Shown here: piece by piece, positions 1-12,860 of the stretch
Numbering within the stretch: position 1 is the first letter of the stretch
How the letters are laid out: each line of letters begins with the position of its first letter
IMG/VR virus record: IMGVR_UViG_3300009182_000050
Coordinates: 1 to 64,000 of that record
DNA length: 64,000 bases
Origin: a virus
Strand: one strand, 5' to 3'
Program-made: the position numbers and the translations under genes
Notes under the pieces: model-generated
What the model saw: only the letters and a program-made list of their open reading frames with translations
Database searches by the model: none
What the model was told of the DNA's origin: nothing

Positions 1-2265
<2,265 letters not shown>

Positions 2266-2290
2266 TTACTTAAAGAAAAAAGGATAAATT

Positions 2291-3307
2291 ATGGCATCAC
2301 AGTTTCCAGCATCGCCAACTAATGGTCAACAGTTTAGTGTTGGTACAACTCGTTATATTTATAATTCAACCAAAAATCTTTGGGTAGTTGATACTGCAGT
2401 AACTCGCAAGGCTGTAAATTTTTATGTTTTTACTCAATCAGTCTCTTCTTGGCCTATCCCAACTGGAGCAAAAATAATTCAAGTTACTTGTATTGGAGCC
2501 GGCGGAGGTGGCGGCGGTGGCGGTGCTGATTATGATGGCGGAGGCGGTGCTGGTGGAGGAGGCGGTGGTCTTTCCATTGTTACATATAATTTAATTTCTG
2601 GCTACAATGCTACAGCCGTCATCACTATCGGGGCTGGTGGTGCAGGAGGAAGTGGTGGAAATAGTGATTTTCTTGGTTCTTCTGTTAGTGGCTCAGTCGG
2701 CGGTAGTACAACAGTAAAAATTGCATCATCAGGTGATAATGGAACCATATGGGCTGGTGGAGGTAGTGGTGGTCCTGGTGGAACTATAGAAGGAGTTTCT
2801 ACAGGTTCTGGTGGTTTAGGACAACTCACTGGAGGTGCTGGTGGCGGAGGTGGTTCTGGTACTACTGTAGCAACACTTAATGGCAATGATGCACCTCCAT
2901 CATACCGTGGCGGTGCTGGTGGTGGCGGTGGCGGTGCTGGTTTTTATGAAGTGGATAGAATTCAAGCAACATCTGGTGGTGCAGGTGGTTCTAATGATAC
3001 ATTTGGTGTCCCAACCGGGACACCTATGAATACTGCTCCAAGTGTTTTATATAGTACAATTACATATTTAGATACATACTATCCTGCTCTAAAACCTTCA
3101 TCTATTTATGCTCCTGGTGGTGGAGGTAATGGTGCTCTTTATAGTTTGTATGATGCTGGTATGAATGGAGGTACTGGTGGTTTGTATGGTGGTGGCGGCG
3201 GTGGCGGAGCTGGAATAGGTACTCCAGGTGGAGATGGTGCATCTGGTGGCGGTACTGGTGGTAGCGGGGCACAAGGCCTTGTGACAATGACAATTTGGTT
3301 TGAGTGA
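2291..3307 (+). CDS. Glycine-rich tail fibre-associated virion protein
   Basis: FPASPTNGQ N-terminus, CIGAGGGGG core, GAQGLVTMTIW C-terminus; AAGGA SD. Confidence 0.7.
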   Translation: MASQFPASPTNGQQFSVGTTRYIYNSTKNLWVVDTAVTRKAVNFYVFTQSVSSWPIPTGAKIIQVTCIGAGGGGGGGGADYDGGGGAGGGGGGLSIVTYNLISGYNATAVITIGAGGAGGSGGNSDFLGSSVSGSVGGSTTVKIASSGDNGTIWAGGGSGGPGGTIEGVSTGSGGLGQLTGGAGGGGGSGTTVATLNGNDAPPSYRGGAGGGGGGAGFYEVDRIQATSGGAGGSNDTFGVPTGTPMNTAPSVLYSTITYLDTYYPALKPSSIYAPGGGGNGALYSLYDAGMNGGTGGLYGGGGGGGAGIGTPGGDGASGGGTGGSGAQGLVTMTIWFE

Positions 3308-3312
3308 TTTAG

Positions 3313-5601
3313 ATGCCTACATTTTCAAATAATATAGTTTCAAATATTGAATACTCTAATACGCTAACGCCTACTGGTGTATCTTCTCTTAGTACTAATG
3401 GATACAGTATAGAGATATCTGAAAATGGTAATACCATTGTTGCAGGTGACACTGGCGATAATGAAGGTAGGGGTGCTGTTTATGTTTTTAGTCGTCAAGG
3501 AGTTGGCGGACCTTGGGTGCAGACTCAAAAAATTACTTGGTCGTTGCAGACTATTGGTGGAAACTTTGGTTACTCGGTAGCCTTATCGGGTGATGCAAAT
3601 ACTTTAGTAGTTGGCTCTGTTAGTAACTCAGTTAATGCTGCTCAAGGTAAGGCTCAAGTTTATACTAGAAGTGCTTCTACTGGTTTATATTCAGAGTCTC
3701 AGACTATAACAGTAAGTACTGCATACTCTACTGCAGGTCAAATTGCTTATATTTCTAGTAACGGTTCTACAATATTTTTTGCAAGTCCAAATGAAACTGC
3801 ATCTAGAGGTACAGTTTATGTATACACTAAACCAACTACAACATGGACTTTACAAGGTACAATAATACAAGCAACAAAACCTTTATGGGGTACTGCTCTA
3901 AGTGTTTCTGGTGATGGAAATACAATAGCCGTTTTTAGGGAAGACGATATTGTTACTGTTTATTTTAGAGCAACAACTACTTTTGCTCTCCAAGGAACTT
4001 TACAACCTCCTACACTAGGTTTGAGTGGTTTTTTTGGTTCGGGGTATAACCCAATAAGCATTTCTTATGATGGTAATACGGTAGCAGTAGGTGAGCCTCA
4101 AAATGGAAATGTCTATACTTTTACAAGAAGTGGAAGTGTTTGGACAAGAATAAATACTTATGCAGCCCCTCTACCTTACACAAGTGGTGGTTTTGGTACA
4201 GCAATTGCTGTCTCTTCTGATGGCTCAACTTTATATATTAGAGACTCTTCAGGTCTTAATCCTGGCTATATTACTTCTCTTGATGTCTCTTCCCCGCTTT
4301 ATGTATATAGCACTGCTTCTACAACTTTGCTTTCTACTTTTTATACAACTAAACCAGATTATGATGCTAGTTTTGAAGTTTTCAAATGTTCAGTAAATGG
4401 CGGAAATATTGTAGGTAGTAATGGTTATGATGCTGTTAAAGTTTTTGATACTGGTAAAGCTTTAGATAATAATTTTTACGGTCATAATGGAAGAAACAAT
4501 ACATGGACTGTATCTAGATTTAATGAACTTACTTCTGTAAAAACAGTAAAAGCTAGTTATACTTTAACAACTAGTTTTACTTTTACTATTCCTGTAGGTG
4601 CTAAAGCAATAGATGTTATTTGCATTGGTGGAGGTGGAGGTGGCGGTGGAGGGGCAAGAAATGCTTCACCATACTATGGCGGTGGTTCAGGTGGTAGTGG
4701 AGGTAATGTATCAGAGTATATGTTTTCTGCTGATGCTTTAGGTGGTCCTGGAACTAATATTTTAGTAACCGTAGGTGCTGGTGGTCTTGGAGGTTCAATA
4801 ACTTCTTCAGGTACTACGGCTGCTAATGGTAATAGTGCTAGTAACGGTGGTACTACCAGTTTTGGCTCTTTTCTTAAAGCTGCTGGTGGAAATGCTGGCA
4901 CTTTTGCCTCCTTTAGTGGCGAGCCTCAGTCAACAACACCTCAAACAAATTATACAGGTATGTTTATTGGAAATACTGGTGGTAGTTCAGGGTCAGATGC
5001 AGCATCTTCTTATGCTGGTGCTGGTGCTGGCGGTGGCGGTGGCGGCGGTGTTTCTCCTAATGCTACAAAAGGTTCTATCCCTACTACTATAGATTTAGTA
5101 TCAGTTGCAGGTGCTAATGGAACTAGCAATGGTGCTTCATATACATCTCCTGGTGGTGGGGGTGGAGGTAGTTCTTCATCAGTATCAACTCCTCTTATTG
5201 CTGGTGAAGGTGCTAGTTATGGCGGTGGTGGTGGTGGCGGCGCAGAAGGTGCATCTCTTGGAGCTGGAGGTTCCAATGCTGCATATACTGGAGGAACTCT
5301 TACTGCTTCAACTGATACAGGTTATATAAGAATTGATATTACTGGTGGTACATCTCTTGTTGAAGACTCTAAGAATTATATTGATGTCACAGGTCTTACC
5401 TATACAGGTGCAACAGGCTCTACTACTGGTCCATTTTTAGTTACCAGTGGTACAACCATTGGTGGTACTTTTATAACATATAAAGTACCTACTGGAACTA
5501 CAGCCGTGTCAGGAACTCCTACAGTAGTGTTAACACGAGCTGGCGGTGCTGGCGGTAATGGTGCTGTTGGTATGTGTCATATTACAGTTTGGTATGGGTG
5601 A
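3313..5601 (+). CDS. FG-GAP-like beta-propeller plus glycine-rich virion protein (putative receptor-binding)
   Basis: Repeats such as FGYSVALSGDANTLVVG, WGTALSVSGDGNTIAV and FGTAIAVSSDGSTL, then a Gly-rich domain. Confidence 0.7.
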   Translation: MPTFSNNIVSNIEYSNTLTPTGVSSLSTNGYSIEISENGNTIVAGDTGDNEGRGAVYVFSRQGVGGPWVQTQKITWSLQTIGGNFGYSVALSGDANTLVVGSVSNSVNAAQGKAQVYTRSASTGLYSESQTITVSTAYSTAGQIAYISSNGSTIFFASPNETASRGTVYVYTKPTTTWTLQGTIIQATKPLWGTALSVSGDGNTIAVFREDDIVTVYFRATTTFALQGTLQPPTLGLSGFFGSGYNPISISYDGNTVAVGEPQNGNVYTFTRSGSVWTRINTYAAPLPYTSGGFGTAIAVSSDGSTLYIRDSSGLNPGYITSLDVSSPLYVYSTASTTLLSTFYTTKPDYDASFEVFKCSVNGGNIVGSNGYDAVKVFDTGKALDNNFYGHNGRNNTWTVSRFNELTSVKTVKASYTLTTSFTFTIPVGAKAIDVICIGGGGGGGGGARNASPYYGGGSGGSGGNVSEYMFSADALGGPGTNILVTVGAGGLGGSITSSGTTAANGNSASNGGTTSFGSFLKAAGGNAGTFASFSGEPQSTTPQTNYTGMFIGNTGGSSGSDAASSYAGAGAGGGGGGGVSPNATKGSIPTTIDLVSVAGANGTSNGASYTSPGGGGGGSSSSVSTPLIAGEGASYGGGGGGGAEGASLGAGGSNAAYTGGTLTASTDTGYIRIDITGGTSLVEDSKNYIDVTGLTYTGATGSTTGPFLVTSGTTIGGTFITYKVPTGTTAVSGTPTVVLTRAGGAGGNGAVGMCHITVWYG

Positions 5602-5606
5602 TGTAA

Positions 5607-6428
5607 ATGGCTTTTCCCTCTAGTCCTCTAAATGGTCAGCAATATACAATTGGTAACTCTACTTGGGAGTGGATTTCTGCTCAGGGATGCTGGAATCTTC
5701 TTGATGTAACAAATGTATATTCAACAACTACTCAAGTATTTACAAGTAGTGGTACTTGGAATATACCGTCAAATGCAAGTATGGCTCATATAACTTTAAT
5801 TGGAGGCGGTTCAGGTGGCCGTCCAGGTACCACTATCAATGCTACTTCAGGAAGTGGAGGTGATGGTGGTGGTGGTGGGGCTCTTACTAATGCACTTATT
5901 GATGTTGCTAATCTTTTAAGTTATATATCTCCTGCTACATCTGTAACCGTAACTATTGGTGTAGGAGGAGTTTCTGCTACAGCAGGTGGAGCTACTATTG
6001 TTGATATATCAAAAGCAGGTGGAGGCATTGCTCCAACAGGTTTTGGTAATTATACTGGTGGTCTTGGTTTGTTTAGAGGTGGTGGCGGTGGTTCAGGTAG
6101 CTCAGTTACTGCAAGTGGTAGTACTGCAGGTAGTGCAGGTGTGACAAGTTACGGTGGGGCAGGTGGTGGCAATGGTGGAAGTGCTAGTAATGCTTCTTTT
6201 AGTGTAAGTGGTGGAGCTGGAGGTGGTAGTCCTGTCTACACGATGGCTACAGGGGATACTTATGCTTCTAATATTCAAAATATGCCAGTTCCAGGAATAG
6301 TTGATAATACTGGAACTCCAAAATTTGGCGCAGGTGGGAATGGTGGTAACTATTCATCTGGAACAAGTACTAGTGGTCAAACAGGAGCAAACGGTGTAGC
6401 TGTTATTAAAGTTTGGTACAATTCTTAG
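5607..6428 (+). CDS. Glycine-rich tail fibre-associated virion protein
   Basis: FPSSPLNGQ N-terminus, FTSSGTW...LIGGGSGG core; paralogous to 2291-3307. Confidence 0.7.
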   Translation: MAFPSSPLNGQQYTIGNSTWEWISAQGCWNLLDVTNVYSTTTQVFTSSGTWNIPSNASMAHITLIGGGSGGRPGTTINATSGSGGDGGGGGALTNALIDVANLLSYISPATSVTVTIGVGGVSATAGGATIVDISKAGGGIAPTGFGNYTGGLGLFRGGGGGSGSSVTASGSTAGSAGVTSYGGAGGGNGGSASNASFSVSGGAGGGSPVYTMATGDTYASNIQNMPVPGIVDNTGTPKFGAGGNGGNYSSGTSTSGQTGANGVAVIKVWYNS

Positions 6429-6453
6429 TACTACATCTACATAAGGAGAAAAT

Positions 6454-6687
6454 ATGAGTGAAGAAGTAATTACACCAGTTCAAAATCGTTACTTGATTCT
6501 TGATGAAACAAATACAGTAACAAATATTATTGTTTATGATGGAATTGCTGAGTATAACCCTGGTGAGGGTTTTACTTTAGAGCAACACCCAATCAATGAA
6601 GACAACACGCTGCCATTCGTTACAATCGGTTCTGTAAAGAATAGTGATGGTACATTTAGTTATACGGAGCCAGAAGTAGCACCTTAA
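6454..6687 (+). CDS. Small acidic protein, putative tail fibre assembly chaperone
   Basis: Follows the fibre genes; AAGGAG SD; YLILDETNTVTNIIV motif typical of this position. Confidence 0.5.
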   Translation: MSEEVITPVQNRYLILDETNTVTNIIVYDGIAEYNPGEGFTLEQHPINEDNTLPFVTIGSVKNSDGTFSYTEPEVAP

Positions 6688-6719
6688 CTAAGTAAAGTTA
6701 ACAAAGAGACGAGTACAGA

Positions 6720-7769
6720 ATGAAAATTGCTGTTTACACAATTGCGCTAAATGAGGAGCAATTTGTTGAACGCTGGTACACCGCAAATAAAGATGCTGAT
6801 TATCTAGTAATTGCCGATACCGGTTCAACGGATAATACTGTTGAAAAGGCTCGTGAACTAGGAATTATTGTCCACGAAATTCGCATTAAACCGTGGCGTT
6901 TTGATGACGCTAGGAATACTGCACTAGCTCTTGTTCCAGCAGATACTGATGTCTGTGTGTCTGTTGATATGGATGAAGTTCTTTATCCCGGTTGGCGTGA
7001 AGCCCTTGAATCTCAATGGGGAGATGCAAACCACGGTAGATTTCTTTATACATGGAATCACGAAGAAGATGGCAGTGACGGACTTACTTTTTGGTATGAA
7101 AAAATTCACGCTCGTCACGGATACCGTTGGAAGCACCCAGTTCACGAAATTATTCAGCCAGACCGGATTGAAGAAAAGTATGTTGATGTTCACGGGTTTC
7201 GTCTACATCATTTTGCCGACCCAACAAAATCTCGCGGTCAGTATCTAGAACTTCTTGCTCTTTCTGTAAAAGAAGACCCTCACAATGACCGTAACGCTTT
7301 TTACTATGCTCGTGAGTTAATGTTTTACAACCATAATGAAGAAGCAACTAAAGAATTCAAACGCCATTTAGCACTACCTTCTGCTGTATGGAAACCTGAA
7401 CGAGCCGCTGGTATGCGTTATTTGGCTAGAGTTGATGACCCTGAAAACGCTGAGATGTGGTTAAAGATGGCTACAGATGAGTGTCCAGATAATCGTGAAC
7501 CGTGGATTGAACTTGCTCAGCACTACTACCGCAAATCTGACTGGGAGAAATGCCTTCCAGCTGCACAGCGTGCTTTATCTATTGAAGTTCGTGACTACAA
7601 CTACCTTAGTGAGGCTTGGGCTTGGGGCGCGGAACCTCACGACCTTGCTGCAATCTCCTCTTACCACTTAGGTATGAAAGAAGATGCTATTAGATATGGT
7701 GAAAAAGCAGTAGAACTTTCTCCTGAAGATGGAAGACTAGTATCCAATCTTGAATGGTATAAAAAATGA
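6720..7769 (+). CDS. GT2 glycosyltransferase with C-terminal TPR repeats
   Basis: IALNEE, DTGSTD, FDDARN, DMDE and PVHE motifs; helical TPR-like C-terminus. Confidence 0.9.
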   Translation: MKIAVYTIALNEEQFVERWYTANKDADYLVIADTGSTDNTVEKARELGIIVHEIRIKPWRFDDARNTALALVPADTDVCVSVDMDEVLYPGWREALESQWGDANHGRFLYTWNHEEDGSDGLTFWYEKIHARHGYRWKHPVHEIIQPDRIEEKYVDVHGFRLHHFADPTKSRGQYLELLALSVKEDPHNDRNAFYYARELMFYNHNEEATKEFKRHLALPSAVWKPERAAGMRYLARVDDPENAEMWLKMATDECPDNREPWIELAQHYYRKSDWEKCLPAAQRALSIEVRDYNYLSEAWAWGAEPHDLAAISSYHLGMKEDAIRYGEKAVELSPEDGRLVSNLEWYKK

Positions 7770-8488
7770 AAACTATTGCAGCAATACCAACACTTAATGC
7801 AATTGATTGGGTAGCACCTCTTATAGAGCATATTCTTTTATCTGATGAAGTTGATGAAGTATGGATTTATGACAATGGTTGTACTGACTTAACTCCTGAT
7901 TGGGTCCGTCATCGCCGTCTTATTGATAAGCGTCTATTTCTTATTGATTCTAAAGGTATGGGTCTTTACGAGATGTTTAATGATATGGCTAAAAAAGTAG
8001 TAGAAAAATACCCTGATGAGGAAATAAATCTTGCTATTTTGAATAGTGATATTCGTCTTCCAAAAAATGCTATTTCAACAATGTCAAAATTAATGCGTCA
8101 AGGTGGATATGTAATTAGCACTATTGACCCTTCTATCCCATCAATACGCTCTCCACATTTTGAGGACTGGAGTAGTCGTTTATTTCAAAACTACCCTCCA
8201 AAGGTTGAACCTTATGCTGAAGAGTACTCAGTTAGTAGGCCTATTGGATGGGCTATTGTTATTGCAGCTGAGTTCTTTAAGTCTCAACCATATATAGTTC
8301 ATCCAAGTTACCAGTGGTGGTTTGGGGATGATGACTTATTTAGACGCACAATTCAACTTGGTGGAAGAATTTGTATTTCACGAGGAGTGGGGTCAGACCA
8401 CTTTGGTTCTCAAAGTGACCCATACAATCCAAGAAAGCAAGAAATGATTAATAGTGATGTTCATATATACAGAGAGATGTGGGGTTAG
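7766..8488 (+). CDS. GT2-like glycosyltransferase
   Basis: IPTLN, YDNGCTD, LNSDI and WWFGDDDL motifs. Confidence 0.75.
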   Translation: MKTIAAIPTLNAIDWVAPLIEHILLSDEVDEVWIYDNGCTDLTPDWVRHRRLIDKRLFLIDSKGMGLYEMFNDMAKKVVEKYPDEEINLAILNSDIRLPKNAISTMSKLMRQGGYVISTIDPSIPSIRSPHFEDWSSRLFQNYPPKVEPYAEEYSVSRPIGWAIVIAAEFFKSQPYIVHPSYQWWFGDDDLFRRTIQLGGRICISRGVGSDHFGSQSDPYNPRKQEMINSDVHIYREMWG

Positions 8489-8490
8489 TA

Positions 8491-9519
8491 ATGACTAAAA
8501 GAGTTTTACTTACAGGTGCTAGTGGTTTTGTAGGAAGTCATGTATTTAGACATTTACTTGTTAATACAGATTGGGAACTTGTTTGTCCAGTAACATTTAC
8601 TCATAAAGGTGTTCAAGATAGGATTCGTCTTAATATTGAAGATAATCCTGAGTACCTTGACAGAGTAAAACTAGTTCATATTGATTTAGCATCTCCTATT
8701 AGTTCTGTAACTTCTCACGCTTTTGGTCGTATTGACTATGTTCTTAATCTTGCTAGTGAGAGTCATGTTGACCGTAGCATTGAGGACCCATCACCTTTTA
8801 TCATTAACAATGTACAACTAATATGTTACTTACTTGATTGGGCTCGTAATTCAGAACATTTAGAGAAGTTTATACATATATCTACTGATGAAGTTTATGG
8901 ACCAGCAGAGGCTGGGTACGCTCATCGTGAATGGAAAGACCTTCATCTCCCTAGTAATCCTTACTCAGCATCAAAATCTGCTCAAGAAGATATTTGCTAT
9001 GCATACTGGCGTACATATGATGTTCCAATTATCATTACAAATACAATGAACATCATTGGTGAGATGCAGGACCCAGAAAAATATGTTCCTCTTGTTGTCA
9101 AAAAAATTCTTAGAGATGAAACACTTGAAATTCACGCTTCAATAGCTACTGGTCAAATTGGTAGTAGGTATTATTTGCATGCAAGAAATCAAGCAGATGG
9201 TCTTTTGCATGTACTTAATAATGTTGACCCAGTTAAATATGATGGTGAAGGTAATAATCTTCCAAGACGGTTCCACATTGTTGGTGAAAAAGAACTTAAT
9301 AATCTTCAGATGGCAGAACTTATTGCTGATGAACTTGGTCTACCTTTGAAATATAAATTAATTGATTTCAACAAATCTCGACCTGGACACGACTTACGCT
9401 ACGCGTTAGATGGTTCTCAGATGGCAGAAATTGGTTGGACTCCTCCAATTCCTTTAGAAGAATCTTTAAGAAAAACTGTTCGTTGGATTTATAACAATCA
9501 AGAATGGCTGTCTTTGTAA
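8491..9519 (+). CDS. rmlB: dTDP-glucose 4,6-dehydratase (NAD-dependent)
   Basis: TGASGFVG, LASESHVDRSI, ISTDEVYG, PSNPYSASK and RPGHDLRY motifs. Confidence 0.9.
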   Translation: MTKRVLLTGASGFVGSHVFRHLLVNTDWELVCPVTFTHKGVQDRIRLNIEDNPEYLDRVKLVHIDLASPISSVTSHAFGRIDYVLNLASESHVDRSIEDPSPFIINNVQLICYLLDWARNSEHLEKFIHISTDEVYGPAEAGYAHREWKDLHLPSNPYSASKSAQEDICYAYWRTYDVPIIITNTMNIIGEMQDPEKYVPLVVKKILRDETLEIHASIATGQIGSRYYLHARNQADGLLHVLNNVDPVKYDGEGNNLPRRFHIVGEKELNNLQMAELIADELGLPLKYKLIDFNKSRPGHDLRYALDGSQMAEIGWTPPIPLEESLRKTVRWIYNNQEWLSL

Positions 9520-9527
9520 TTATGCTA

Positions 9528-10334
9528 ATGTCCGAGTTAGTTGAGAGACAAAAAACAATATTTGTTCAAGAAGGTTCTGTTAGTAAAACCGGTGAATTCT
9601 CTGGTGACAAAGTTGCTATGTTTGCTACGCATATGGAAAATGGAAGAATGTCTCCATCTGTTATTGCACAGTTGAGTGAGTTTGAGTTAAATAAATGGCC
9701 TGTAGTTGTCATTGACACAAGTCCTGCTGAATATGACTTTGATTGGCCAAAATGGGCTACTGTTATTCGTAGACCAAATGATAATCAAGACTGGGGTAGC
9801 TGGGCTACCGCTTTGAATATTATGCCAGGTCTTTGGGAAGCAAAAACTCTTTTACAGACTAATGATTCTTTAGTTGGTCCTTTTTATCCACTAGGAAGTA
9901 TTCTTAGACTTATGGATGCTGATGATGCTGATTTTGTTGGTTTAGTTGATAACACTCAAATTTCTTATCATTTATCTGCAATGTTTGTTTCTTATTGCAA
10001 TAATTCTATAAATAAAGAACCTTTCAAAACATTTTGGAAAGAATTATCAACTGTTGATACTCAGCCTGACCATATTCTGCAGCACGAAATTAAATTAAGT
10101 ATTGTTGCATTACAGAATAATCTAAAAGTTAAGTCACTATTTACTTGTGAAGATGCTGATGTTGATGTAACTCCACTATATGCAGCACCTAGAAAACTTT
10201 TTGAACTTGGTTGTCCTTTTATGAAGCGTAGAATGGTGCATTGGAATCCTGATACTGTTAAAGATTATGTAGTAAATTATGGGTCAACTGCTATAGAAAT
10301 GATTGACTATGCTTTAAGCGAGAAACTTATTTAA
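9528..10334 (+). CDS. Rhamnan synthesis F (RgpF)-like glycosyltransferase
   Basis: RRPNDNQDWGSW, TNDSLVGP and PFMKR motifs; start could be 9504, 9522 or 9528. Confidence 0.65.
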   Translation: MSELVERQKTIFVQEGSVSKTGEFSGDKVAMFATHMENGRMSPSVIAQLSEFELNKWPVVVIDTSPAEYDFDWPKWATVIRRPNDNQDWGSWATALNIMPGLWEAKTLLQTNDSLVGPFYPLGSILRLMDADDADFVGLVDNTQISYHLSAMFVSYCNNSINKEPFKTFWKELSTVDTQPDHILQHEIKLSIVALQNNLKVKSLFTCEDADVDVTPLYAAPRKLFELGCPFMKRRMVHWNPDTVKDYVVNYGSTAIEMIDYALSEKLI

Positions 10335-10347
10335 TGAAAAGAGTGAA

Positions 10348-11631
10348 ATGATGAATACGGAAAAGACAAATACTTGTATTGCTTGTGGTAAATCTAATAT
10401 AGAAAAAATTCTTGATTTAGGTCATCAAGTACCAGCAAATAACTTGCTTGAAGATAGAGATGACAAAGACTACACACTCTATCCTTTAGGTATTAATGCT
10501 TGCTCGGACTGTAGCCACGGTCAGTTATCATATTTTGTTGAACCAGCAAAGATGTTTAAGCAATACTCTTATGTAAGTTCAACAAGTCAGACTATGAAAT
10601 CTCATATGGAAAAACTTGCAAACTTTGTGTTAAATCTAAAAGGTAATGCAGTTTCAGTACTAGAGATTGGCTCTAATGATGGATTGTTTCTTAAGTCTCT
10701 AAAAGATGCTGGTATTACAAATATTTGTGGTGTAGACCCAGCAGAGAACATTGCATCTAAAGCAAATGAAGAAGGTCTTACAACAATTGTTGGTTTCTGG
10801 CCTGAAGTATCAGATGAGTTTTCATCTTTTGCATTTGATATTGTGATTGGTCAAAATGTGTTTGCTCACACGCCAAACCCATACGAGGCTCTAAAAGAAA
10901 TTAAACGAGTTCTTACTCAAGATGGTTTTGCAGTATTTCAAACATCACAGGCAGATATGATTGCCAATGGTGAATTTGATACTATCTACCACGAGCATTA
11001 CTCATTTTTCTGTGAAGCATCTATGGCTGCTCTTGCAGAACGCGTAGGTCTTCAACTTGTCTACACACACTATGTAGATATCCACGGTGGGTCATCATTG
11101 TATGTTCTTACACACGATTACCTAGACCCTGACATTGTTTCTATTGAGTTATCAGCTATCTCATCTGGACTTATAAATGTTGAGGCTAGAGACGATAGAA
11201 CTGCTCGCGTTCGTAAATACCGGACTGAAGAAGACTGGGAAAAATTTGAAAAGTCTTCTATAGATACAAGTGTTGGTGCTCTAAAAGTAGTTGAAGAGTG
11301 GCTTGATAAAGATAAAAGAATTGTTGCTGTAGGTGCAGCAGCCAAAGCAATAACTTTTTTGCGTGCTGCTCAAATACCGATTGATGCACTACTTGATGAA
11401 TCCCCATTAAAACTAGGTAAGTGGGTAGCCGGTCTTGATACTCAAATTACAGATTTTAAGAATGTAACTGATTCTGACGCATACATAATTGGTGCTTGGA
11501 ATTTTGCTAAAGAGATTGCAGCAAAACTACTACATGCTGGAGCAGACCACGCTGCACCTTGTATGGTTTATTTCCCTGAAGGAGTTACAACAACTCTTGG
11601 ATATCTAGCTCTTAATGGTTTAGATAATTAA
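10348..11631 (+). CDS. NDP-hexose C-methyltransferase
   Basis: CxxC...CxxC zinc N-domain, EIGSNDG SAM motif, FDTIYHEH, HGGS, GAAAKA and AWNF motifs. Confidence 0.9.
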   Translation: MMNTEKTNTCIACGKSNIEKILDLGHQVPANNLLEDRDDKDYTLYPLGINACSDCSHGQLSYFVEPAKMFKQYSYVSSTSQTMKSHMEKLANFVLNLKGNAVSVLEIGSNDGLFLKSLKDAGITNICGVDPAENIASKANEEGLTTIVGFWPEVSDEFSSFAFDIVIGQNVFAHTPNPYEALKEIKRVLTQDGFAVFQTSQADMIANGEFDTIYHEHYSFFCEASMAALAERVGLQLVYTHYVDIHGGSSLYVLTHDYLDPDIVSIELSAISSGLINVEARDDRTARVRKYRTEEDWEKFEKSSIDTSVGALKVVEEWLDKDKRIVAVGAAAKAITFLRAAQIPIDALLDESPLKLGKWVAGLDTQITDFKNVTDSDAYIIGAWNFAKEIAAKLLHAGADHAAPCMVYFPEGVTTTLGYLALNGLDN

Positions 11632-12323
11632 TGACAAATGTTGAAAACTTTGAAAATTTTTATAAAAAAGTCTCTATTGATTCAAGAATATCATATAAAG
11701 ATTTTTACAAACTAAGAATTCTTAATCAAATAAATTATTCTGATTTATATAAAGATGTTCGTATTCTCAAATTTCCTGAGGACTTGCGTACATATGAACG
11801 TCTTATTGATGACTCTAAGCCAGAGGTAATTATTGAACTTGGTGTTGAGGCTGGAGGTTCTAGTTTATGGTTTGCTGACCGCCTAGATGCTTTATGTGGA
11901 GGTGGTGAAGTTATTGCAGTTGATATTGATATCTCTCAAGTACAGCAGCCAGTTCTTGATGATAAAAGAATTACTCTTATAGAAGGTGATATTTCCTCAC
12001 CTGAAGTAGTTAATAAAGTCAAGAAATTAGTCTCTAATCGTAGAGTAATGATAATTGAAGATGCTGCTCATACATATGATTGCACACTTTCTGCACTTCA
12101 AAATTACTGGGATTTAGTACCTGTAGATGGTTGGTTTATAGTTGAAGATGGGATAGTAGATATTGAATATTTAAGATTCCATCATAAACTTCCTCGTGGT
12201 GTTATTAGTGCATTAGACTATTTTTGTAGTTCACCTGCTGGTAAAAAGTTCTCAAGAAACTCTTTGGCTCCGTATGGAATTACTTCAAATCCTACTGGAT
12301 GGCTTCAAAGGAAGTCTGAATAA
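11631..12323 (+). CDS. CmcI-family (rhamnosyl O-)methyltransferase
   Basis: KFPEDL, PEVIIELG, IEDAAH, IVEDG and ITSNPTGWL motifs. Confidence 0.85.
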   Translation: MTNVENFENFYKKVSIDSRISYKDFYKLRILNQINYSDLYKDVRILKFPEDLRTYERLIDDSKPEVIIELGVEAGGSSLWFADRLDALCGGGEVIAVDIDISQVQQPVLDDKRITLIEGDISSPEVVNKVKKLVSNRRVMIIEDAAHTYDCTLSALQNYWDLVPVDGWFIVEDGIVDIEYLRFHHKLPRGVISALDYFCSSPAGKKFSRNSLAPYGITSNPTGWLQRKSE

Positions 12324-12374
12324 AGATGTATACTTATAAAAACGCATACGCTATGACTTTAAGGAGTGAAGACC

Positions 12375-12848
12375 GTGTACGAAGTTAAAGACGGCTCTAG
12401 AACTCTTCAATTTAATGGTCGCCTATTAGGTAAATCTTCTTCTTGGAGACGAGGCTCTACTCGCTGGATTGAGTTTGAACTTTATCAAACAGAAAATGGT
12501 TCTTATGTACTTTCAAGAATTGGTGTTTCTCTCGTTTATCATGGTTCTGTTTGCCCTCTTGTAAAGCGTTATGGATTAGTTGAAGTATCACCTAAAGATG
12601 TATCAAAAGATTCAATCCCTTGTGAAGAGTGTGGACCTATCCGCTCAGAACTTCCAGTTGTATTTCCAGAAAGAAATCGTACTTGGGCACAAGTATCTGA
12701 TGACCCAGATGCTGTACTTGAAGCTTTATATAAGTATGATGATGGTGGTGCTCGCTATCTAACAAAAGTTGCTCAGAGGCTTCTTGAGGAAGCATCTAAA
12801 CAAGACTCAAGGATTGAGTCGGTGTATAGGGTAGAGATAATCCCATAA
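12375..12848 (+). CDS. Hypothetical phage protein
   Basis: AAGGAG SD spaced for GTG at 12375; RWIEFELY and CEEC motifs. Confidence 0.7.
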   Translation: MYEVKDGSRTLQFNGRLLGKSSSWRRGSTRWIEFELYQTENGSYVLSRIGVSLVYHGSVCPLVKRYGLVEVSPKDVSKDSIPCEECGPIRSELPVVFPERNRTWAQVSDDPDAVLEALYKYDDGGARYLTKVAQRLLEEASKQDSRIESVYRVEIIP

Positions 12849-12860
12849 ATTAGTAAGGAA